Source: a virus. From it: a stretch of 64,000 bases of DNA. Location of the stretch: IMG/VR virus record IMGVR_UViG_3300028920_000027, positions 64,001 through 128,000 of that record. The stretch is one strand, 5' to 3'. The notes beneath the pieces were generated by a model, which was not told the origin of the DNA, did no database searches, and was given only the letters and a program-made list of their open reading frames with translations. Below, in pieces: positions 37,213 to 47,183 of the stretch (its first letter is position 1; every line of letters begins with the position of its first letter). The position numbers were made by a program, and so were the translations under genes.

Positions 37213-37712
37213 CCAGGTGGAGCCATCTCAGCGTACTGATCGATATACTGCTGATCTGTCTCAGACAGGGGTTGGGGGAAGTTCCGAGCCAGGTACTCTC
37301 TAAAAGTCCGACCCCGACGATACTCGACCTCCCCCACTGAAGAAGTCTCACCCGAAGCATCGTATGTCACCCCCAGCCCAAAGGTCTCGGACAACTGCTC
37401 CTCGATGCACCCCTGAGCCCACCCCTCGAAGGGGTTAGGACTGTGGCGGAAAGCCACCGTCGACCCTTTACTCTGAAGTGCCACAGCAAATCCCACTTCC
37501 TGGTCACACGACAACGGGCCTTCATCCCGATTCCACTCGCGCGTCCCCGGAATGCTCACGATCCACACAGGACCATCATCCTGGAAGTCAGTCCTGTGAA
37601 CAACCATTCGGTCCTCGAAGACCTTCACAACGGCTTCCTTCAGAAGGTCCTCAAAATCGTCAGGGGTCAAGCGCTTGCTAGTGTCGAGGTAGATGTATCC
37701 GTAGTTTGCCAT
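37203..37712 (-). CDS. Hypothetical protein (MANYGY...)
   Basis: GGTGTACAGT 7 nt before ATG. Confidence 0.75.
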   Translation of the reverse strand: MANYGYIYLDTSKRLTPDDFEDLLKEAVVKVFEDRMVVHRTDFQDDGPVWIVSIPGTREWNRDEGPLSCDQEVGFAVALQSKGSTVAFRHSPNPFEGWAQGCIEEQLSETFGLGVTYDASGETSSVGEVEYRRGRTFREYLARNFPQPLSETDQQYIDQYAEMAPPGWK

Positions 37713-37719
37713 CACCCCA

Positions 37720-37729
37720 ACTGTACACC
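37720..37729 (-). promoter_or_regulatory. GGTG-TACAGT promoter motif
   Basis: 7 nt before ATG 37712. Confidence 0.7.
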
Positions 37730-37731
37730 GG

Positions 37732-39108
37732 CTACTCGTCCTCAAATAGCTCGCCACTCATGATCAGGTCGAAGGAATCCTGCTGTCCGTACAACTCCTT
37801 AGCCTCCTCCATCACGATTTCCAAGCGCTCGGTCGCGATCCTGTGATAGGGCTCATGCTTCTCGATGCCCAGGAAGTGCATCCGTTCAAGCACCGCCGCA
37901 TGCAAGGTTGACCCCGACCCACAGTAGGGATCAAGCACCAAACCACCCTTGGGACAGACGAGCCTGACCAACCACCGCATGAGCTTGAGCGGTTTGCGCG
38001 TTGGGTGATCATTCTCGATACGCCCACCAAGGGTGGTCTCCTTTTTGGCAGCCTTGGCACAGTAAAAGAAGGGTGCGTCAGGGGGCTCCTGCCCCTCAAA
38101 GTTCGGGAAGAAGCGTGAGGGAGCGGTGTCCACCACGGTCTTCCCCGTGCTTTGCCCCTCCAGCTCCAGGATGGGGCAACCGTCAACACACTCGTAGACC
38201 GGAACTTCCTCATTGCCGTAGACCCGCGCGTTGGGGGCCTTGTCACCATTCTCCGCGCCCACGTTGGCGAACCCACCCGGACGGCGCCCGCCAGGGTCCC
38301 CCCGCTGGTCCCCTCGAATCGTACGCGTGCCGATCTGCCGACATTCCGGGTGGTGAGTCAGGGTCAGATTGGTGGGCCACCGACCACCCTCGTGCTGCTC
38401 CCGCTCGATGGCACCCGAACTGGTGGGATTCCACCGTTGGTCCCCCGCCGCATTGTGGAAAGGATCCGAAGAACTGATCGACAACTGCTCCCCGTTCGTC
38501 GAGATGCGCGTGCCGTCGATGTTGAACGCACCAGTCTCGTGCTCCAAGAGATTCTGCACGACGGTTCCATCAAAAGGCTTGCGGAAGACCATGATAGGCT
38601 CCCACGATGGCTTGAGCGCCGTGCCCCAGCCCTTCCACTTGATGGCCTCGGGATGCTTCTGCTTCTCCAGCTTGGCGCCCACGTTGAGGCTCTTGGGAAA
38701 CCCTTGGGAGTGGACCCACTGGAGTACGTTGGACCCAAACTCGTCAGCAATGGTGTCACGGCACTCAAAACCCGCCGCGCGCAGGCCCATCGAGATGATG
38801 TCCCAGGTTCGAGTCCCGCCGAAACTCAGAAGATGCCCACCGGGCTTGAGCACCCGAAGACACTCCTGCCAGACGGCAATCGGCGGGATCTCCCACTTCG
38901 CCCCCATGAAGTCCCCCCCTGTGTCGAGGCGGACGCCTGCCAGGTAGGCAATGATCTCCTCAATAGTGGGCTCACGAGTCCCAAGCCCATAAGGAGGGTC
39001 CACCACAATGGCATCCACGCTGTTGTTGGGGATCTGCTTCAACCGATCGAGGCAGTCCCCCAGCAGGATGACATCATACAGTTCATTAACCGTTAGAAAT
39101 CCGGACAA
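37732..39108 (-). CDS. DNA N6-adenine/N4-cytosine methyltransferase, beta class
   Basis: VDPPYG (motif IV) precedes HPTRKP and LDPYCGSGST (motif I). Confidence 0.92.
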   Translation of the reverse strand: MSGFLTVNELYDVILLGDCLDRLKQIPNNSVDAIVVDPPYGLGTREPTIEEIIAYLAGVRLDTGGDFMGAKWEIPPIAVWQECLRVLKPGGHLLSFGGTRTWDIISMGLRAAGFECRDTIADEFGSNVLQWVHSQGFPKSLNVGAKLEKQKHPEAIKWKGWGTALKPSWEPIMVFRKPFDGTVVQNLLEHETGAFNIDGTRISTNGEQLSISSSDPFHNAAGDQRWNPTSSGAIEREQHEGGRWPTNLTLTHHPECRQIGTRTIRGDQRGDPGGRRPGGFANVGAENGDKAPNARVYGNEEVPVYECVDGCPILELEGQSTGKTVVDTAPSRFFPNFEGQEPPDAPFFYCAKAAKKETTLGGRIENDHPTRKPLKLMRWLVRLVCPKGGLVLDPYCGSGSTLHAAVLERMHFLGIEKHEPYHRIATERLEIVMEEAKELYGQQDSFDLIMSGELFEDE

Positions 39109-39934
39109 GGAACTTCCCTCCAGGCGGCACGAGAAGCCGCGTCAACCAATCCACCAGCTCGCCGTGACCTTGAAGCTGGGGAAAGAACCGAGAAGCGCCT
39201 CCCGAGTCCCCGCGCGCCGTGTGTGCACAGTCAATGGTACCAAAGAGCCCTCCCTTGTAGTTGGCGCGATGCTCCCCTCCACCACTCATCCCAGGCCGGT
39301 TACCACTCAAGATGTCGAGCATCACCGCTGAGCAGTTGGGTGCACACTCCCACAGCTGGAGGGTCTCCTTACCATCGTCATCAGCATAACCCACCCGCTG
39401 GAAGCCCGTCTTCGACGTGCTCTTCCACGACCGGGCCTTGGGCGGTTCGAGACTGTCCTTCGAACCCCCCACTTGAACCGCGCTCGCGCGCCGGCACTCA
39501 GGAGTGTGGACGATCAGGACGTTGGACGGCCAGCGTCCCAGCTCGCTGACCTCACTCGCCCCCGAAAGGTCAGAGGTGTTCTTCCACGAGTTGCCCAGCG
39601 ATCCACCCTCGACCTTTAGTCGATCGACCATGGCCTTGTGCTTCTTGAAGTCAGCAGGGTCCGCATGCTCGACTCGCGTGGCGTCGATATTGAGCGCGCC
39701 CGCGCGGTGCCCCACGACGTTTTTGGTGATGGTCTGGTCAAGGGGCTTGCGGAACAAAAAGACTAACTGCCCACGAAAGTTTGGCATCACCAACCAGAGT
39801 GTGTCTCGCAGCTCCAGATGTTGCCGCCCCCAAAGGGCGTCATAAGGGCTCAGAATGGCCGCTATGTGGCCGCCAGGGGCCATCTCGGACACGAATCCCC
39901 AATCGGGCATGTCAATGATGGCCGCTGACAACAC
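39086..39934 (-). CDS. Methyltransferase paralogue lacking DPPY and SAM-binding motifs
   Basis: Shares GALNIDATR, GRWPSNV, ECxxxC, SRFFP, LxxWLxRL-PxGG with its neighbour; GGTGTAGTAT 6 nt before GTG. Confidence 0.7.
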   Translation of the reverse strand: MLSAAIIDMPDWGFVSEMAPGGHIAAILSPYDALWGRQHLELRDTLWLVMPNFRGQLVFLFRKPLDQTITKNVVGHRAGALNIDATRVEHADPADFKKHKAMVDRLKVEGGSLGNSWKNTSDLSGASEVSELGRWPSNVLIVHTPECRRASAVQVGGSKDSLEPPKARSWKSTSKTGFQRVGYADDDGKETLQLWECAPNCSAVMLDILSGNRPGMSGGGEHRANYKGGLFGTIDCAHTARGDSGGASRFFPQLQGHGELVDWLTRLLVPPGGKFLVRISNG

Positions 39935-39940
39935 CTGGCT

Positions 39941-39950
39941 ATACTACACC
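39941..39950 (-). promoter_or_regulatory. GGTG-TAGTAT promoter motif
   Basis: 6 nt before GTG 39934. Confidence 0.7.
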
Positions 39951-41707
39951 GCCGCTCGACGGTCGTAGCTCGCAACTTTCTGCATGGCCGCCGGGACTTT
40001 ATCCCACCAGGGCAGTCGGTCTTGAGGGCCTGTCTCGAACTGAGCCAAGATCCACTGGGTCTCTTTGGAGGCAGGCCCATAGTTGATGGCGACGTTCATG
40101 ACGCTTTGGAAGTTCGTGAGGACTCGATTCTTGGTATCCGCCGTGAAGGGCACTCTCTGCAAGACCGGCTGCTTCTCGGCCCACTTGAGCGCTGCCACGG
40201 CCTTACCTTTACTCTCAATCCACAAGTTGAGGCTGTAGCCCGACGGTTGAAGAATGACCTTGTAGCGCTCGTACCGGGCGCCCTCTTCGGTGTCGACGAG
40301 CCCCAGTTTGCCACCGAAAAACAGGACCCCAGGGGTCTCGATCATCTCGGATCCACCGCCTTCTGCCCGAACCAACCGCTGGACCATTCCCTTCGTGGCT
40401 GCCGTTCGACGATCGTAGGCTGTCTTCAAGGTTCCGCCGTAAGCTACGACTGCCTCGGCCATGGCATTCTTGAGTGGGCTCGGATCGAGAGCTTCATAAA
40501 CGCGCGCCATCAGCTCCCCCACGGGGTACTTACGCGACCGGTGCAGGTTGAGGGGGCGTCGCCCCACGAACTCCCAGTAGGCATACCCAAACAGGCCGAA
40601 CAAGACAAGGTTGCTCTTCAAGGCCCTCATCTCGCGATCGTTCAAGGTCCGACCCTTACCATTGACCAGCAGCTCGAAATTGTAGAGAGGCCAGGTGTCG
40701 TCACCCCGCTTCAGGGTCTCCTTGAGGCGGCGGTACTCGGCAAGAGGCTTCTGCTCGACCGACATCTGAACCGCAGGCTTGACAGACTTGCCCTTGCCGC
40801 CCGAGCCCATCAAACCCAAGCCACTCAGAGCCTCCTTGAGGCTGATGCCACCCTTGTAGAGCTTGGCGAGGGCCTCTGGACTGGGAGGCATCCTCCCATC
40901 GAGGACATGCCACTTGGCGCGAGGGCGCCAGCCGGGGGTGTGTTCCTCCATCCAAAGCTTGAGCGCCTTGGGGATGGCACGCTCGACTGCCCCCCGGATG
41001 GGGAAGATCTTGGTGTCCCACGTCTGCGTATAGGCGCGCTCGCTCGGCACCCCCACCGTACGGTCGTGCCGACGATGGACGATACCCATAATATAACCCT
41101 TGCCGTCCTTGATTCCGAACGCGATGCGTGGGTGAACGCGGATCTGGTACAAGATCCCAGCGTCGTCCTTGGTGTAGTTGCTGCTGTAGCCTGGGTCGCT
41201 AACAAGCTTCCACTCGACGCTGTCGCCTCGACTCATGGCCGACGAGTAGCTCGTGCCCTCGGGCTCGGGCGGTGGGATCTTGCCTTGGCGACTCTCTTCT
41301 TCGCGCTTCTGATTCCACTTCTCGCGCGCCCGAGCTTCGGCTTCTTCCGTCTTCCGACGCAGATCTTCCCACGAGCCGCCACCTCCCCCAGGTGCGCCCG
41401 AAGGGAGAGTCACATTCTGAGCGATTCCTTGATTGAGCAGAGTCTCGGCAGCCACATTGACCTGGGCCATGCCCTCAGTGGATCCGCCACGATCTGGGTG
41501 GAGCTGCCTCAGCAGCACCTTCCAACGAGCGCGAATGTCCTCAGGAGAGGCTCCCTTCTCCAAGCCCAAGATCCGGTATGCTTCACTGGGAGACATCTGC
41601 CGAGCCACGCGTACGACCGCGCGCCATGCCTCGAACTGGTCATCAGAAGCGGCTCGATTGTGATGGGCCTTGTAGGCTTCCCATGTGTAGGTCCACGGAT
41701 CCATCAT
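39944..41707 (-). CDS. J-domain (DnaJ-like) protein, 587 aa
   Basis: AYRILGL...LHPDRGG; YDRRTAA and YDRRAA motifs. Confidence 0.85.
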   Translation of the reverse strand: MMDPWTYTWEAYKAHHNRAASDDQFEAWRAVVRVARQMSPSEAYRILGLEKGASPEDIRARWKVLLRQLHPDRGGSTEGMAQVNVAAETLLNQGIAQNVTLPSGAPGGGGGSWEDLRRKTEEAEARAREKWNQKREEESRQGKIPPPEPEGTSYSSAMSRGDSVEWKLVSDPGYSSNYTKDDAGILYQIRVHPRIAFGIKDGKGYIMGIVHRRHDRTVGVPSERAYTQTWDTKIFPIRGAVERAIPKALKLWMEEHTPGWRPRAKWHVLDGRMPPSPEALAKLYKGGISLKEALSGLGLMGSGGKGKSVKPAVQMSVEQKPLAEYRRLKETLKRGDDTWPLYNFELLVNGKGRTLNDREMRALKSNLVLFGLFGYAYWEFVGRRPLNLHRSRKYPVGELMARVYEALDPSPLKNAMAEAVVAYGGTLKTAYDRRTAATKGMVQRLVRAEGGGSEMIETPGVLFFGGKLGLVDTEEGARYERYKVILQPSGYSLNLWIESKGKAVAALKWAEKQPVLQRVPFTADTKNRVLTNFQSVMNVAINYGPASKETQWILAQFETGPQDRLPWWDKVPAAMQKVASYDRRAAV

Positions 41708-42564
41708 GACTCCAGGTAACGATCCACAGTTTGATTGGCCAGGGGAAGCCAGCGCTTGAAAAACTCATTAACGGTACCCAAACCCAGGCCCAATTGCTGA
41801 GAAATCTGCCGCTGAGAGTGCCCCTCGACGGCGAGGTTGACCAGCTCACCCAGGACTGACAAGTCCCCTTTGAAAACCCCCGTGCGCCGCGCGTCGGTGC
41901 GGAGGGCTTCCATGAACTTGGACCGCTCCACCCCCGGGAGTCGCAACACAGCTTGCTCCAAAGCTTCAGTATCATCAATCTCGACCTCGATATCACGCAT
42001 TTGACCTTCATCATCGATCAAGCTGGTCTCCCGTTGCTCCTGACGAATCAACGAGCGGAAGGCGTCGATGATCGCGTTTTGGAGGATGACCCGCACGTAC
42101 TTGGCAGCCTCCGCCCGAGAGGCGCCTTCCTTCACCGGGTGAGCTTGGAGCTTGACGAGAGCCTTCCCTACGGCTTCGGCAAATAGGCCGTCAATCGCCT
42201 GGGACGGAATCTTAACCACGCTTATCGCGTACTTGAAGGCCGTTCGGCGAATGGCGTCGGCTTCCTCACGGAAGTAGCGCCCCGAGATGAGCAGCGCAAG
42301 GCGATTGACGGCCCTGTTGAAGGTAGCGCCCTTGGAAAGCCGGTTCTTGTCAATGACCTCCCGAACCTTGTCCGAAAGAGGGGCTAGCTTCATGTCCACG
42401 ACATCGCGCAACAAGAAGTGGGCGGCGACGAAGCGGCTGAACATCTCCCGATCGGAGATGGCTAGCTTCTGGAACACGGCAGCGACCCGCACGGAAAACG
42501 GCTGGCCGTTGAGAATGTGCAGCTGAAGAGATTGGGCCGCTGCGGCGAGGCGGGTCTGCAACAT
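41704..42564 (-). CDS. ECF-like sigma-70 factor (regions 2 and 4) with N-terminal extension
   Basis: YVRVILQNAIIDAFR (region 2); GHSQRQISQQLGLGLGTV (region 4 HTH). Confidence 0.75.
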   Translation of the reverse strand: MLQTRLAAAAQSLQLHILNGQPFSVRVAAVFQKLAISDREMFSRFVAAHFLLRDVVDMKLAPLSDKVREVIDKNRLSKGATFNRAVNRLALLISGRYFREEADAIRRTAFKYAISVVKIPSQAIDGLFAEAVGKALVKLQAHPVKEGASRAEAAKYVRVILQNAIIDAFRSLIRQEQRETSLIDDEGQMRDIEVEIDDTEALEQAVLRLPGVERSKFMEALRTDARRTGVFKGDLSVLGELVNLAVEGHSQRQISQQLGLGLGTVNEFFKRWLPLANQTVDRYLES

Positions 42565-42587
42565 ACCAGACCCGCCCAATAGAAGGA

Positions 42588-43883
42588 CTATGCCTGCTGA
42601 GCGACCCGAACCCGCTGTCGCTGCCGAGTGCGCCGCGCCTTATCAGCCGCTTCCCGAATGCTACAGCACCCGCGCTCGACCTCAACCGAGATGTCGATGA
42701 GCGTGCGCTCGACCGCCGCCCCATCTGAAGCGCCCGAGACACGAGATAACTCAGATGGTGTTCCCAAGGCACGAGCCAGGTCGAACCGATCCTCAAACTC
42801 GACGAGAGGGTCTTCCTCGGTCAAACCAACCTCCCAGGCAGATCCATCCTCCAACGGGCTGAGGGTGTATTCCTTGACAAATCGACGATTCTTCTTGCGG
42901 CACCAATTCGAGAAGATGTTGTGAACTGTATGCTTCAGATACCCCACCAGGGCCTTTTGGTTGGAATCGACGGTTGACCCAGGGCCCAGCCTCCGCACGA
43001 ACTTTTTGAGAACATCAGCGTGGCAGAGACACATCCACATCTCCTGCAACAGGTCCTCTGACTCATCCTTGATCTGGTTGTAGTTGAGCATCCACTTTGC
43101 AAGTAGGCGCCCATACTTCTTGTGGAGGATCGCCATGCTGCGAGGGATCCCCGCAGGCCATGAAGGCACTCCCAAGTGCTCGTGTAGAGCCTCATTGACC
43201 GCCTCCGCGCCATGACGAAGGGTGATACCCTTCTCTTGAACCAGGGTCAGGGCAACGTCACCGTCACCGTCTACCCCCAAAGCCTCGAACAGCTTCCAAT
43301 GGCGCATGACAATACGCTCAGCCACCTCATGCTCAGAGGCGGTCGAGCTGTGGAGGTAGTCCCTGATGGCGGCCTCGACCTTTGTTGAACCATGGCGGAG
43401 GTCAACAAGCTGCCCCCGAATCAGAGCAAGAGCTACCTTGGTGGCATCAGGAACCAACTCAAACAGCTCCAGGTGGTGCTCGACAAGTATCTCGGCCCTT
43501 ACCTCGTCAGGAGTCTTGTAACCCAACCCGAGGTACTGGCAAACCGCCTTCTTGATCGTCTCCGCACCATGGCGAAGATCGACACCACGCTGAGCCAAGA
43601 CGAGTGCCACCTTGTAGCGCGCAAGAGCCTCCACCCCCAGAAGCTCGAACACAGCACGATGCTTCACAACGAGGGCTTCGGCCCTCATCTGCATCTTCCA
43701 GCTGGCCGCCATATGGGCACGAAGGATCCTGCTGACAGTGGCTGACCCGTGGCGAAGATCGACCTTCTTGGCCTGAACCAGCTCTAAAGCCACTCGTGCC
43801 GGATCATCTACCTTCATTTCCAAAAATAGACGCCAATGGCGTTGAAGTAAATGACCCGCAGTGTCCTCTTGCTTTTTACCCAT
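42588..43883 (-). CDS. Four-repeat protein fused to a sigma-70 region 2-like domain
   Basis: Four approx. 60-aa repeats (H..LF....VAL.L....[VI][DT]LRHG); SEDLLQEMWMCL...YLKHTVHNIFSNWCRK; no clear region 4. Confidence 0.7.
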   Translation of the reverse strand: MGKKQEDTAGHLLQRHWRLFLEMKVDDPARVALELVQAKKVDLRHGSATVSRILRAHMAASWKMQMRAEALVVKHRAVFELLGVEALARYKVALVLAQRGVDLRHGAETIKKAVCQYLGLGYKTPDEVRAEILVEHHLELFELVPDATKVALALIRGQLVDLRHGSTKVEAAIRDYLHSSTASEHEVAERIVMRHWKLFEALGVDGDGDVALTLVQEKGITLRHGAEAVNEALHEHLGVPSWPAGIPRSMAILHKKYGRLLAKWMLNYNQIKDESEDLLQEMWMCLCHADVLKKFVRRLGPGSTVDSNQKALVGYLKHTVHNIFSNWCRKKNRRFVKEYTLSPLEDGSAWEVGLTEEDPLVEFEDRFDLARALGTPSELSRVSGASDGAAVERTLIDISVEVERGCCSIREAADKARRTRQRQRVRVAQQA

Positions 43884-43979
43884 ATACCCCCCTACATCGT
43901 GAGGTCGTAAAACGTTCAGATCTATAACGGCCCGTCAAGAGCACCCGCTCAGGTGTATACTCTGGTTAAACTGGACCTG

Positions 43980-44513
43980 ATGGATTCTGCCATACATGAA
44001 GCTCAAACCATCGCTCGGGCAATGAAGCTCGTGGTGTTGGCCGGTGAGAGCAGCCTGGCGCCGGAAGATGCCAGGAATGCTGTGCGTGAGGCAGCTCCCT
44101 ACCTGGAAGGGTTGAGTCGTACAGCGGCCGCTATCGTGCTTGGAGAGCTCGGCGCCGAGCTCCCGGTGCTCCCTCGCAGGACCGCAGGCGAGCGCCTGCT
44201 CGATACCATCGCCCACGTTTGGTGGGGTTGGATTAACCAACGCCATCGAGAAGTTTCGTGGCGGGCTCATGCCGCTCAAGGGCTTGCTCTCGCCCTGGAT
44301 GAAGCCAAGAAGGAGGGTGAGGGATTGATTCAAGTGATGACCCTCCGTCTCGTTGCCGAAGCATTAGGACACCTGCTCCAGAACGAGCTAGACCTGGGTA
44401 AGCGGCGATGGCAACAAGCCTTGGAGCTTGGTGCCCACCATGGCATCGAGTCGCAGCTCGACCTGAACTGGATGTTCGCAGCGACCCTCATTATGGCTCG
44501 ACAAACTGGTTGA
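43980..44513 (+). CDS. Helical (TPR-like) hypothetical protein
   Basis: GGTGTATACT upstream; ORF track. Confidence 0.7.
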   Translation: MDSAIHEAQTIARAMKLVVLAGESSLAPEDARNAVREAAPYLEGLSRTAAAIVLGELGAELPVLPRRTAGERLLDTIAHVWWGWINQRHREVSWRAHAAQGLALALDEAKKEGEGLIQVMTLRLVAEALGHLLQNELDLGKRRWQQALELGAHHGIESQLDLNWMFAATLIMARQTG

Positions 44514-45361
44514 TAGCTCCCCCTTCCTCTGTGGAGAGGTCAGAGTGCTGTTCCCTAAAAAATGACTGTGGTGTCGCTGAGAGGTTCTCCTCAACGCCCC
44601 GAAGGTCCTGCCTCTTCCGAGGCTTCATGGTACCGCCTTCCGAACCTTGAACAGTCCCAGCTCTTTCCCACAGGCTACCGTACTCATCCTGCTCTCTCCA
44701 GTTCCTTCTCCAAGAGCTAGGTCAAACTATGACCAACTTCCTTCTTTGGCTTGATGACCTTGGCAAAAAGCAGTCCCCGTTGTTCTGCCTTTCCTGAGAG
44801 GCTCTGGAGCCTCCCGAAGCTCCAAGAGGAGCCACTTCGACCCTGACGGGTTCCGGGAATGATGTCGTTCTCAACCCTGTTCCTTGCGATCACGCTAGAG
44901 CTTTCACCCTTGCTGTCGTTTCTGGAGGAGTCGTGAAGAGGACACCTTGCTGCTGCATCTTCGATGCTCGCAACATTGCTACCTTCTAGGTTGCTGCTGG
45001 CATTTACGGATAGGACTTCAGATACGTATTTGGTGTGTGTATTTAGGATCTTAGAGATGATCCTACCGATCACACCAAGTCCCCGAAGCCGGGATTGGCT
45101 GGGGGTACTGCTCCTACTTGTCTCGTGCTGAATCACTCTGAAAAATTCCCTCAGGGATCAGTTCCCGAAGTGCCTCTTGGGTTCATCGGAAGAGACTGCT
45201 CGATTGCTCCTACCAGTGGTCTTCTTGGTTTGGGTCCGAAGACTCAGGGGGAGACTATCAACCCCCTTGGACGCTTCGTTCGATAAGCGTCCCTCCTTGG
45301 TACGGCTCGCGAAGGGACCTGTCCAGGAAAATCGTCAAGGCTTCCCCGACGGGATCGGGAA

Positions 45362-45751
45362 GTGATTAGAATCACGAACAAAGGGGGTCGATGTTCGGCC
45401 AGTCAACTGGTACGCTTTGGCTTCATGGGGTTGATGGTGCCGATGAGTGTGGTGGAGCTGAGCGACGTGACAGGAAGGCCCAAAGTCCTTCAGGAGCTAC
45501 CTCAGCTCCGGGTAGGTGACCCAGTGGCTCTTCGCTTCAAGCTGAAGCGCACGAACGATTCTGGGCGAGACGAGGAGCTGATGGTGGATCACCGCTTCCG
45601 GGTCGAGGCCGTTGGCTACGACGCCTCAGGGCCCCACAGGCAGCTCCTCGTGGTCTCGATGGCCTCTGGGAAGGCTCCCACCTGGAGGAGCGTGAAACGG
45701 TCTCCTGGACGCCGTCTCGGGCCAGCACGGCATCCCCGAACGAGCATTTAG
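45362..45751 (+). CDS. Hypothetical protein
   Basis: ORF track; start uncertain. Confidence 0.5.
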   Translation: MIRITNKGGRCSASQLVRFGFMGLMVPMSVVELSDVTGRPKVLQELPQLRVGDPVALRFKLKRTNDSGRDEELMVDHRFRVEAVGYDASGPHRQLLVVSMASGKAPTWRSVKRSPGRRLGPARHPRTSI

Positions 45752-45866
45752 GCTTCCCAAAGCGGGAACTCGGACTTCTCGGTGTAGAGTGGGGCATGGC
45801 GACTCTGCTCATAGCCAACCACGCCTTCACCACGATCCAGGGGCCGCTCACGGACGTAAAGCACGG

Positions 45867-46565
45867 TCAATACTCGTCATCGTCGCGCTTCATGCGCTTC
45901 AGCTCTTGCTCGAACCAACACAGCTGGTTGACAGAGTGAACATGCTTGGCCCAGCGCGCTCGGAGCCGCCGCATTTCAGCCAAGTTGTCTGTCGTGCGGT
46001 CGGTCCAGATGTCCCACAGGGCCACGTCCCACCGTGCCTTCTTCGGGGGCTTGTACTCAAACACGTCCGCGGTGATGACCTTGAGCTTGTCGGCCGCCAC
46101 CGGACTGATGTTTTCGTCAACCCACGTCCGGAGCGGGAACTCGACCAACATTCGCACCGCCGGATGCTTCTCTAGGACGGTCACTTCTGTCACTCGGTCA
46201 AGTGATAAGATGGGGGGTAGGATCATACCCAACCCCAGACCACCGATGATGGCACGTCCACGCGCTTCATCAACGAAGTAAGCACATGTCTCGCGCTCCA
46301 TCCAGGTATCACTCATCACGACGTCACACCCTTGGTGGACCAGACGAGCATACTTCCCAGGAGGGACAGCCCCCCATTCATCTCGAGCAAAGAGCGCCTT
46401 GGTAGCCGTCTTCTCTGACTCTTTTGTGTCGATCTCGAAGTGCTCGACGGCCCAACCGTCAATTTGGCCTTCGGGGACTATTTCACGAACGGAAGGGAAG
46501 TTAGCCCCTTTGAATACACGTCTCATGACTTCTCGGTACAGGTAGTCGTTGCCAGCTGGCGGCAC
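45867..46565 (-). CDS. Class I SAM-dependent methyltransferase / spermidine-synthase-like fold
   Basis: IIGGLGLG motif I, VLEK, ADVFEY, DVALWDIW. Confidence 0.85.
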   Translation of the reverse strand: MPPAGNDYLYREVMRRVFKGANFPSVREIVPEGQIDGWAVEHFEIDTKESEKTATKALFARDEWGAVPPGKYARLVHQGCDVVMSDTWMERETCAYFVDEARGRAIIGGLGLGMILPPILSLDRVTEVTVLEKHPAVRMLVEFPLRTWVDENISPVAADKLKVITADVFEYKPPKKARWDVALWDIWTDRTTDNLAEMRRLRARWAKHVHSVNQLCWFEQELKRMKRDDDEY

Positions 46566-46568
46566 AAG

Positions 46569-46874
46569 TCAACGTCTCGGATCCCACTTCTTGAAGGTGA
46601 TTCCCTTCCGAATCGTGTCGAGCGCCTCATCGAGAACATCCTTCGGAACTTCGGGCTCCTCCTGGAGACGGCAATGATCCTGCCGTGCGTAGGTTTGTAC
46701 GACATCCTTCTCGGCAATGCGCCCCCGCTTGTTTGCAGCCCGCTCATACCGAACGTAGCCTTCAAGGTAAATGGCGGCGACTCCCCCTCTTTCCAGGAAG
46801 ATAAACCTCCACACTTGGCGAACCCTTGTCTCTCCGGGAGTGGAGGTGTCTCGTTGGACTTTGAATAGTTGCAT
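46569..46874 (-). CDS. Hypothetical protein
   Basis: C-terminal part of ORF 46569..47198; start uncertain. Confidence 0.55.
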   Translation of the reverse strand: MQLFKVQRDTSTPGETRVRQVWRFIFLERGGVAAIYLEGYVRYERAANKRGRIAEKDVVQTYARQDHCRLQEEPEVPKDVLDEALDTIRKGITFKKWDPRR

Positions 46875-47183
46875 GATCCCACTTACGAAGGCAGTTCCCA
46901 GAACGTTCGGTAAACCGACCAACCTGGTGTAAAGTAGGCCACCAAGCCAGGGATGCCAGAGACTATCATCCGCTATGGGGACCTTGCCCAGCTCAGTAGG
47001 CATTACGATTTGCTGTCGAGGTGTGCCCTTGTCCGGTACGTCGAGATTCAAGACGTCGCCGATCGAGATATCCTTGCCCTGAGGATTGTGTACCGGGCCT
47101 GTGCTGAGGTGCGGGTGGAGTTGGACCACTTCGCCCAAGAAGCCAGTGGCACTATCACCCGTCTCACACGCGAACGGATCACC

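Noticed and set aside
45796-45939. 47-aa leaderless ORF after GGTGTAGAGT at 45781
   Set aside because: Only the first 25 codons look protein-like before it runs antisense into the methyltransferase; probably a gene remnant.
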